Source: Nitrospinaceae bacterium
Lineage (GTDB): Bacteria > Nitrospinota > Nitrospinia > Nitrospinales > Nitrospinaceae
Length of the DNA stretch: 64,000 bases
Direction: 5' to 3'
Assembly (NCBI GenBank): GCA_965237905.1
Contig: OZ250172.1
Location: 2,368,001-2,432,000, forward strand
Under the pieces are notes generated by a model that saw only the letters and a program-made list of their open reading frames with translations, was not told the DNA's origin and did no database searches. Positions 57,211 through 64,000 of this stretch are shown one piece after another. Position numbers and translations under genes: made by a program. Position 1 is the first letter of the stretch. The number at the start of each line of letters is the position of its first letter.

Positions 57211-59238
57211 TTAAACCAAGAAATACAATAGTCCAGTCATCGCCACTAACCAAAATATCATTACTAATAATTGATGTTGGATGGTGCGGGGTTCCATCTC
57301 TTGCAGTAATTGCCCCGCAGCAACTTGTTCTGCTACTTTTCCCACTTTCCGATCCAACCAACGAATATCAACAATTCGCCACAACCGCCCGGCAAAATAC
57401 ACAGAATAAGTCGCGATAGAATGGATGAAACGATCTATAACCTTTATATCAACATTTCGCCACAACCAGTGTGCGAACCGAATGGTTGGGGTTACCAGAT
57501 AGGCATCATAGATTTCATCAAAATATCCTTTATTCCAAAATAGGACATACAATCGATTGCTTCTCGCATTTGCTCTGGAGACCTGATGTTGAGATCGAAT
57601 CTGTGTTGAGTAGGCATAGACCCACCCCGCCACTGCCATGCCAAGAGAAACCACAAGCCAAAAAGGAAAGCCATGCTCGACTGCACCTTCGCCCAACGCG
57701 ACTCCTGAAAAGGCCAAAGCCGGAGCAAGAAAGTTGGCGAACCAACTCCAAAACAGAGTCAATAGCCCACCTGCAAAAACCGTAGCCAAAAAAAGACCGG
57801 CTAAAATGGAGCCATTTAAAAACTGTGGTCGAACAGATTGCGTCTCCAGACTATGCTGTCCTGAAGCAGGCCAATACGTCTTTGGACCGTGAGCGAAAAG
57901 CGAGGTGACGCCTTTAAAAAGATATTGAGAAGCCACAAATACCGTGATCAAGCCAATGATTTTGAATCCGATCGAGGCAGAAACAAACCCCGTGACCCCC
58001 CACAAATATTCATACGATCCGGAAAACAGCACTAACGGCGGGAGTAACGCCAACAACAAGGCCCCGCCATATAAGACCCCCATGCCCTCAGAGACATGGT
58101 GTTCATGGTCACCATGCCCAAGGTCCCGTTCCACTGATCGCAACGCATTGCCGGTAGATAGGAAAAAGAACGCTTTGTAGCACCCATGGGCAAGAAGATG
58201 GAAAATCGCAACTGCAAACGCGCCCAAACCACAGGCCATAACCATGAACCCGATTTGACTAATAGTGGAATAGGCCAAAATCTTTTTGATGTCCGATTGA
58301 GTCAAGGAAACTATCCCGGCAAATACCGCGGTAGTGGCACCAATAATGGCAATGAACGTCATGGCGTACGGAGAAAGGATAATCAACGGACTCAATCGCA
58401 CTAACAAAAAAGGACCCGCATTCACCATAGTAGCCGCATGAATAAGTGCCGAGACCGGAGTCGGAGCTTCCATCGCCCCGGGTAACCACACGTGAAACGG
58501 TATTTGTGCTGATTTTCCCATGGCCCCCATAAAGAGGAAGAAGGGGATGAGCGTCACAGGATAGATATGAAGATCCAAGCCCATCCACCCTAAGATATTG
58601 ATGGTATGGTCCTGCATGCCTTCAGCCTGAACAAGAATAGTCTGGATATCGAGTGTACCAAAAGTAAAAAAGGTTAGAATGATGCCAAAACTGAATCCGA
58701 CATCCGCGATTGCATTAACGAGAAAAGCTTTGGTGGCTGCCCGGCAAGCTGAAGGTCGTTTTGCTGCGTGAGAAATTAACAGATAGGAGCAAATCCCCAT
58801 GACTTCCCAACTAATCAATGTTATCAAAAGGTTGCCACTCATGACCAACAAAATCATAGAAAAAGTAAACAAGGCAATGACGGCGAAAAAACGATTATAT
58901 CGTGACTCTCCTATCATGTAACGAGAGGAATACACATGCACAACCCCACTTACTCCTGTGACCAAGAGCAAAAGCAGAACCGTCAGTTGGTCAACGAACA
59001 GAGTTAAATCAATGGTCAAGGAACCCGATTGAAAGAAGCGATAAAGAGAAAGAGAAAATGGTCCATTTCTCAACACTTCAATGAAAGCGGCAATTGATAA
59101 CCCAAAGGAAAAACCGATGGCAGGAATCCCAATCCGGTGACTGTTTTCACCCCAACGACGACCTCCAAGCAAAAGGATGAGAGAAGCCAGAAGGGGAAGC
59201 AAAGGAATGAGGACGTAAATTGCCATAATTTCCATCAA
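57211..59238 (-). CDS. nuoL: NuoL/MrpA/DabB-like proton-translocating membrane subunit
   Basis: SWEVMGICSYLLI, KSAQIPFHVWLPGAMEAPTPVSALIHAATMVNAG, LAYSTISQIGFM, HLLAHGCYKA and a long C-terminal amphipathic helix. Confidence 0.88.
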   Translation of the reverse strand: MMEIMAIYVLIPLLPLLASLILLLGGRRWGENSHRIGIPAIGFSFGLSIAAFIEVLRNGPFSLSLYRFFQSGSLTIDLTLFVDQLTVLLLLLVTGVSGVVHVYSSRYMIGESRYNRFFAVIALFTFSMILLVMSGNLLITLISWEVMGICSYLLISHAAKRPSACRAATKAFLVNAIADVGFSFGIILTFFTFGTLDIQTILVQAEGMQDHTINILGWMGLDLHIYPVTLIPFFLFMGAMGKSAQIPFHVWLPGAMEAPTPVSALIHAATMVNAGPFLLVRLSPLIILSPYAMTFIAIIGATTAVFAGIVSLTQSDIKKILAYSTISQIGFMVMACGLGAFAVAIFHLLAHGCYKAFFFLSTGNALRSVERDLGHGDHEHHVSEGMGVLYGGALLLALLPPLVLFSGSYEYLWGVTGFVSASIGFKIIGLITVFVASQYLFKGVTSLFAHGPKTYWPASGQHSLETQSVRPQFLNGSILAGLFLATVFAGGLLTLFWSWFANFLAPALAFSGVALGEGAVEHGFPFWLVVSLGMAVAGWVYAYSTQIRSQHQVSRANARSNRLYVLFWNKGYFDEIYDAYLVTPTIRFAHWLWRNVDIKVIDRFIHSIATYSVYFAGRLWRIVDIRWLDRKVGKVAEQVAAGQLLQEMEPRTIQHQLLVMIFWLVAMTGLLYFLV

Positions 59239-60704
59239 AGACCTGGTGGCAGAGTCTGGTTCAACAACAGTTGAACAATGGGAGCACTGAATATACCAAG
59301 AATCATGACGGCTGCGGACGTGACTCCCAGAGTCAGTTTAAAAGAGAGTGGAATTTCACCAAACTGAACGTCCGATCGAGTTGATGTTTGGCGGAAAATG
59401 CCCTCAAACAGTTTAACGAAATAGGCAAGCGTCAAGAGCGTGGAGAGCACTACCGCAGCGACCGAAACATAATTGCCTGCTTCTAACGCTCCCAGAATGA
59501 TGTACCATTTGCCAAAAAATCCACCCGTCGGAGGCAGGCCAATCATGCCTAAGGCCATAACAATTAAAGACCCAGTAAGCCAGGGGGCTTGTCTCCCAAC
59601 ACGCCCTAGGTCGTCTATTGTTCGGACCCCATACTGACAAAACGCCACGCCTGCTATAAAAAACAGGCCAGCTTGCATAACGGCATCGTTCAATAAATAA
59701 AAAACTCCTCCGACAAACCCAGTTGGGTTGCCTTGACCGATTCCAATGAGAATGATGCCGATGTGCGAAATCCCTCCATAAGCGAACATCATTTTAATAT
59801 CCCGCTGGGCCAAGGCCAGACTTGCGCCTATGACCGCCGCTAATACTCCAAGAACTGCGACCAGTAGCAAAATCGGAATATCATAAATAACAATTGACGC
59901 ATTTAAGACCCAATAGATTATTCTGACCCACGCCAATAGCACTACTTTCGTGAGGAGTGGAGCCAAGATAGGGGAAATAGACTCAGGAGCATAGGTATAG
60001 GCCTCGGGCATCCAGGCATGAAACGGGACTAAGGCCATCTTGATCCCCAAGCCAATAAACATAAAAAGCAGTCCACCCACTAGAGCTTTAGAGTTTAGTA
60101 GCAAGGGAAGTTTGTCGGCTATATCAGCCATATTCAGTGTGCCAGTTACCGCATAGAGATAACTCACCCCTAAAAGATAAAGGGAAGCACCAATGGTTCC
60201 CAATATAAGATACCGAAAGGCTGCAAATAGCGCTCTTCCGCCAGCGACACCCACAAGTGCGTAACTCGAGATAGCTGCAACCTCTAAAAACACGAACAGA
60301 TTGAATAAATCCCCAGCGAAAACAATGCCGGTCAAGGCGGATACCAATAACATAATCAACGTGTAATAATGGACAATTCGGCCACCTAGAGCCTTTGGGG
60401 AAGTGGGTCCAGTAAACACCACACCCAGTAAACCCAAAATACTCAATAAAAGTAAGATGACACTCGCTAATCCATCAGCCACCCACTCAATACCGAGGGG
60501 CGCAGTCCACCCACTAAACATATACCGCACCTCTCCATGATGAATGACGTTATGGAGGTTCAAAATAGAGACCAGCACCATAGCCGCGAGAATTGCCACA
60601 GAAATTGGCTGGCTCCAATGACGGTGTTTTAGACAAACCACTGGCATGGAAATAGCGGCAAACAATGGGAGAAGGAATAGGATTGCGGGAAGTTGGTGAC
60701 TCAT
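59235..60704 (-). CDS. mrpD: Mrp/Mnh cation:H+ antiporter subunit D-like
   Basis: GWTAPLGIEWVADGL, DLFNLFVFLEV, AAFRYLILGTIGA, IKMALVPFHAWMPEAY and GLPPTGGFFGKW. Confidence 0.9.
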   Translation of the reverse strand: MSHQLPAILFLLPLFAAISMPVVCLKHRHWSQPISVAILAAMVLVSILNLHNVIHHGEVRYMFSGWTAPLGIEWVADGLASVILLLLSILGLLGVVFTGPTSPKALGGRIVHYYTLIMLLVSALTGIVFAGDLFNLFVFLEVAAISSYALVGVAGGRALFAAFRYLILGTIGASLYLLGVSYLYAVTGTLNMADIADKLPLLLNSKALVGGLLFMFIGLGIKMALVPFHAWMPEAYTYAPESISPILAPLLTKVVLLAWVRIIYWVLNASIVIYDIPILLLVAVLGVLAAVIGASLALAQRDIKMMFAYGGISHIGIILIGIGQGNPTGFVGGVFYLLNDAVMQAGLFFIAGVAFCQYGVRTIDDLGRVGRQAPWLTGSLIVMALGMIGLPPTGGFFGKWYIILGALEAGNYVSVAAVVLSTLLTLAYFVKLFEGIFRQTSTRSDVQFGEIPLSFKLTLGVTSAAVMILGIFSAPIVQLLLNQTLPPGL

Positions 60705-61078
60705 TCTAATTTTTCAAGAATTTCTTGTTCGTCAAGGCTTCCATATTGTCGATAGATCGCCGCGCACAGGGCTAATCCCACGCCCAGGGTCGCTACGCCA
60801 ACCACAATAGCAGTGAGCGTCAAGACATGAGGTAACGGATTCGCGTAACTGGCCGCTTGCACCGGCTCCGTGGTTGACAAGAGCACGGGAACCGTCGCGC
60901 CCTTCTTCGCGCTAATAGACACCAGGAAAAAAATCACGCTGGTTTGCACCAAATACATCCCTATGAGTTTCTTTACGAGATTGTATCGCGTAACCATGAT
61001 ATAAAAGCCCCACAGGAAAATGATGACAAAAGTCAAAAAATTGGGTCGCTGAAAAACTGCGATAAATGCATCAACCAT
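60701..61078 (-). CDS. mrpC: Mrp/Mnh subunit C-like
   Basis: NLVKKLIG and NPLPHVLTLTAIVVG...YGSLDE. Confidence 0.92.
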   Translation of the reverse strand: MVDAFIAVFQRPNFLTFVIIFLWGFYIMVTRYNLVKKLIGMYLVQTSVIFFLVSISAKKGATVPVLLSTTEPVQAASYANPLPHVLTLTAIVVGVATLGVGLALCAAIYRQYGSLDEQEILEKLE

Positions 61079-61523
61079 TTATTGAATCCTCGACAATTTC
61101 TTCAGCAGATAAGCTGAACACAATAGAAATGGCTGTTACCGCAACATCTACAGCCACACCGATTTGCGTGAGTACGATTCCCAAAGATCTTCGAGAAGCA
61201 GTTTCAAGACCTGGAATTTCCAAATTCGCATAATTGAGAAACTCTCCACCTCCAATCATACACAAGCCACCTACCCCCGCGTAGATCAGCATCCCGACCC
61301 CATCACCATGTAAAACCTTTTGGGCAATTCGACTCCGGGAAGCGTCATGACCAAAAATCAAAACTGATAAGATCAACCCCGTGCCTAAAATCACCCCACC
61401 CACAAAGCCTCCCCCGGGTCCGTATTGCCCAAAAAACAACACGTATAAACCAAACATTTGGACCACCGGGATGAGAAAGCGTCCTAAAGCCTGTACGATA
61501 ATGCTGTCGTGTCGGCGTATCAT
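61071..61523 (-). CDS. mrpB: Mrp/Mnh subunit B-like (MnhB domain)
   Basis: GQYGPGGGFVGGVI motif and four TM segments. Confidence 0.88.
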   Translation of the reverse strand: MIRRHDSIIVQALGRFLIPVVQMFGLYVLFFGQYGPGGGFVGGVILGTGLILSVLIFGHDASRSRIAQKVLHGDGVGMLIYAGVGGLCMIGGGEFLNYANLEIPGLETASRRSLGIVLTQIGVAVDVAVTAISIVFSLSAEEIVEDSING

Positions 61524-62050
61524 TATGCCTGTCTCCTAAGCAGTAAAGCACAAGCAATGCCCGCCGCAAAAATCACTACGGTTTCGATCATCGTATCAAG
61601 CGATCGATAGTCCATCAGTACCGCAGTCACAACATTCGGAGTGTGGGTATCCTGATAGCTCTGCTCGAGATAGGTCGGCGAAATATGAACACTCGCTGGA
61701 GAATTCGGGTCCCCAAATCCAGGAAGATCCTCCGCGGCATAGAGCAAAAGAACTCCCAAGAGAGGAAAAACAATTAACGTTGTCAGAGAAGGAGGAGGGC
61801 GCCGAAGCCGAGTGTCTTTGGGAGCAGTACCGAATAGAGTTAATAGAAACAGAACCGTAGCCAATCCTGCTCCTACGACGGCTTCCACGAAGGCGACATC
61901 CACAGCTCCGAACCATGCCCATACCAACGCCAGGAAAAAACTATAAGAGCCCAAGAGCAGAACGGCACTCATCAAATCCTTAACCAGGATGGCACCTGCG
62001 GCAGTAACAAGCAGAAGAAGGAGTAAAGGAATTTCATATGAAAAGATCAT
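61523..62050 (-). CDS. DUF4040/MbhD-MbhE-like subunit (split MrpA C-terminus / MrpB N-terminus)
   Basis: AVDVAFVEAVVGAG and PNVVTAVLMDYRSLDTMIE. The likely start is the ATG at 62050, overlapping the mrpG stop. Confidence 0.85.
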   Translation of the reverse strand: MIFSYEIPLLLLLLVTAAGAILVKDLMSAVLLLGSYSFFLALVWAWFGAVDVAFVEAVVGAGLATVLFLLTLFGTAPKDTRLRRPPPSLTTLIVFPLLGVLLLYAAEDLPGFGDPNSPASVHISPTYLEQSYQDTHTPNVVTAVLMDYRSLDTMIETVVIFAAGIACALLLRRQA

Positions 62051-62346
62051 GAGTTTTCCTTTTGCCAAGGTTTTAAGCCAGACCGGAGAGCCGCGCGAAC
62101 CGTGGCATGTGTAATGGCTGGATTTAGAATGTACAGCAAGGCCAACACCACTAGAATTTTCAGCATATTTTTGCCCAGTCCCTCATGCAAGGCGATTCCA
62201 ACTAGCATTAAAAAGGCCCCTAAGGAGTCTGTTAATGATACGGCATGAGAACGACTAAACACATCGGGCAATCGAATCACGCCAATCGCAGCAACAATCA
62301 GAAAAAATAAACCCGCTACTATAAAAATAATGGAAAGTATGTCCAT
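62047..62346 (-). CDS. mrpG: Mrp/Mnh subunit G-like
   Basis: GVIRLPDVFSRSHA and NPAITHA. The likely start is the ATG at 62346, just after the mrpF stop. Confidence 0.9.
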   Translation of the reverse strand: MDILSIIFIVAGLFFLIVAAIGVIRLPDVFSRSHAVSLTDSLGAFLMLVGIALHEGLGKNMLKILVVLALLYILNPAITHATVRAALRSGLKPWQKENS

Positions 62347-62347
62347 G

Positions 62348-62614
62348 CTACGGAAGTCCCTTTTGTTCCAAATATTTGGCCACGGCAAGCGCTCCGACTA
62401 AATTGAGCAGGGCATACCCAGTCGAGATATCAATAAACATATCGACCCGTTCAAAATAAACTCCAATGACAATAAGTAAAATAATTGCCTTGGTGGAAAT
62501 GCCGTTGAGACCCAACACACGATCAAAAATTGTGGGACCGCGCAGGACACGGTACAGGTATGCAGCAATGAGAATAGCCAGTAACACCAAAACGCAGAAA
62601 AGAAAAGTTTTCAT
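62348..62614 (-). CDS. mrpF: Mrp/Mnh subunit F-like
   Basis: RVLRGPTIFDRVLG and three TM segments. Confidence 0.9.
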   Translation of the reverse strand: MKTFLFCVLVLLAILIAAYLYRVLRGPTIFDRVLGLNGISTKAIILLIVIGVYFERVDMFIDISTGYALLNLVGALAVAKYLEQKGLP

Positions 62615-63117
62615 AAATCCGGCTCTTCGTCCTTAAAAATATCAGCAATTTTCAATTCGATCTGTTTGCTTGCAACATCTTCGCTTAAAACTTTATCCAT
62701 CGCGTGAACAATGAGGTTGTTACGGTCAACCTCTGCGGTAATCGTTCCAGGGGTTAATGTAATGGAATTACCGAGAAGAACAACGGCTGCGCGATGACGT
62801 AGTTTTGATTCCACAGAAATCAACTGAGGAGCAATGGGAAGCGCAGGATGCAAAATAAGCTTGGACAAATGAAGGCCACTTTCAACGATTTTATAAAAAA
62901 GCCATGGAAGGTAAAGGAGGATTCTGAGCCACAAACGAAATTTCGGAACAAAAGGTGAATGGCCAGAGTTGATCCAGGCCACGGCGAAGGAACAAATAAG
63001 CCCCAAGCCAAGATGAATCCATTCAAAGCTGGCAGACAACAAAACCCAAAACACAAACAGTGCCATGGCTTTTAAAAACAGGAATTCTGATGATATTGGT
63101 CTAGATCGAGTTGCCAT
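62611..63117 (-). CDS. mrpE: Mrp/Mnh subunit E-like
   Basis: FWVLLS and NSITLTPGTIT...LIVHA. Confidence 0.92.
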   Translation of the reverse strand: MATRSRPISSEFLFLKAMALFVFWVLLSASFEWIHLGLGLICSFAVAWINSGHSPFVPKFRLWLRILLYLPWLFYKIVESGLHLSKLILHPALPIAPQLISVESKLRHRAAVVLLGNSITLTPGTITAEVDRNNLIVHAMDKVLSEDVASKQIELKIADIFKDEEPDL

Positions 63118-63253
63118 AAAATTATCAGATACAAGTTTGACGGCAGAGTATCAGTATTATTCGATTTTTCCTATAAAAAATCAGCCGGAGACTTATAATG
63201 AAACATCTATACTCTTGTAAAAGTCCAAGAGCCTATCTTCAATATATGCCTAA

Positions 63254-64000
63254 TTACGGAACTTGAATCGTTTCCCACGTCGCATTCGGATTGTACCGAT
63301 GAAATTCAAACGTATGGGGATCCAAGGCCACAAGATTAAGCCACTGATTATGAAACAACTGTTGAAGGATCGAGTGTTTTTGAATGACAGATGAGATTAC
63401 ACTCGGCGTCTGTTCAATGATCGCTAAGAGTCGCATCGGTTCATGATAGTGAGTGCTCCCGTTATTGACTGTTTGTAAGGGGAATCCCATTTGCAAATCA
63501 CTTTGAGTTCCCAGCATCATCCCAACACCCCCAACGACATTGTGTAACACCTTACTCCCACTTCCATACGCGTATGGATCAACTGCAGAAAAATAATAAC
63601 CCGTATTAATCCACTCGCCGACAATTAATGGCGCGGTCATGATTTTTTCGATGATGGCACCTTGAGGATCAGCAATAGGATCATAAGAATGCAAGAAAAC
63701 CCGACCGCCTAAATCTAATCCTTTGGTCAGTTTTCGTCTTCCAATGAGAAACGCGGCATTGCCCGCTAATCCCCATTCCGGTCGAGTACTCGCCCAATCG
63801 CAACTGCGTTCGTCTACATGAGCAAAAGCCTGCTCTGGAGAAATTTCAGTCGGAGCACCGGGAAGGCGATGGCATCGCTCAAGAGCCTGCTTCGTACCAG
63901 CTTCTTCGAGATCCTTGTTCAACGCCTGCAAATCTTCTTTATGCGAATCAGGCAATTCCTCCAGATCGTAAAACTCGACCCGATCAGTCGTCGTGATATG
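63254..64000 (-). CDS. dabA: DUF2309 / DabA (MpsB)-family soluble subunit of an inorganic carbon transporter, 5'-partial
   Basis: The frame is open to the window edge (HITTTDRV...). Motifs DWASTRPEWGLAGNAAFLIGRR, RVFLHSYD, IMTAPLIVGEWINTGYYFS, GSGSKVLHNV and HEPMRL are present. Confidence 0.9.
   Translation of the reverse strand, partial: HITTTDRVEFYDLEELPDSHKEDLQALNKDLEEAGTKQALERCHRLPGAPTEISPEQAFAHVDERSCDWASTRPEWGLAGNAAFLIGRRKLTKGLDLGGRVFLHSYDPIADPQGAIIEKIMTAPLIVGEWINTGYYFSAVDPYAYGSGSKVLHNVVGGVGMMLGTQSDLQMGFPLQTVNNGSTHYHEPMRLLAIIEQTPSVISSVIQKHSILQQLFHNQWLNLVALDPHTFEFHRYNPNATWETIQVP

Noticed and set aside
57090..57211. Tiny minus-strand ORFs between nuoL and nuoM (MSSRFVSLL; MDLVANGLTLFFLC, faintly like the NuoL C-terminus)
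   Set aside because: They are too short to distinguish from chance.
55577..59238. Respiratory complex I operon
   Set aside because: There are no nuoA-K or nuoN genes, and the neighbours are Mrp-type subunits and DUF2309.

Overview
Bacterial chromosomal window with no rRNA, tRNA, CRISPR array or transposase that I can see. A Nitrospinota-like source is my guess from gene content only and is not proven. (1) 1-26.8 kb: one giant, acidic, RTX-repeat surface protein gene. It is open at the left edge, is at least ~8,900 aa within the window, and is split by a single +1 frameshift at a TTTTGGGG run (20036-20043). It is a mosaic of repeated, duplicated and nested modules and ends in two ConA-like domains and a metzincin motif. 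(2) 27.1-34.5 kb: a putative dedicated export module encoding a DUF3467 protein, a GAF-HlyD adaptor, a PqqD-like/M50 peptidase/HlyD fusion, a C-terminally truncated secondary SecA and a third membrane-fusion protein. No ABC ATPase or TolC is present in the window. (3) 34.5-40.8 kb: a TetR with palindromic operators and a divergent di-iron protein, a TPR lipoprotein, a hypothetical gene, a 131-bp deletion scar of a sulfide:quinone oxidoreductase gene, and a sigma54-driven membrane protein plus VWA lipoprotein pair. (4) 41.4-55.6 kb: a signalling island with hybrid kinases, a sigma54 activator, an orphan CheA carrying a truncated haemoglobin domain where P2 normally sits, a cheW deletion scar, a kinase with two FixL-type haem PAS domains, and a REC-HD-GYP protein. 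(5) 55.6-64 kb, minus strand: DUF2309/DabA (partial) followed by Mrp-type E, F, G, DUF4040, B, C and D subunits plus NuoL-like and NuoM-like subunits, a putative ion-coupled inorganic carbon uptake complex. All family assignments come from reading motifs by eye; no searches were run.
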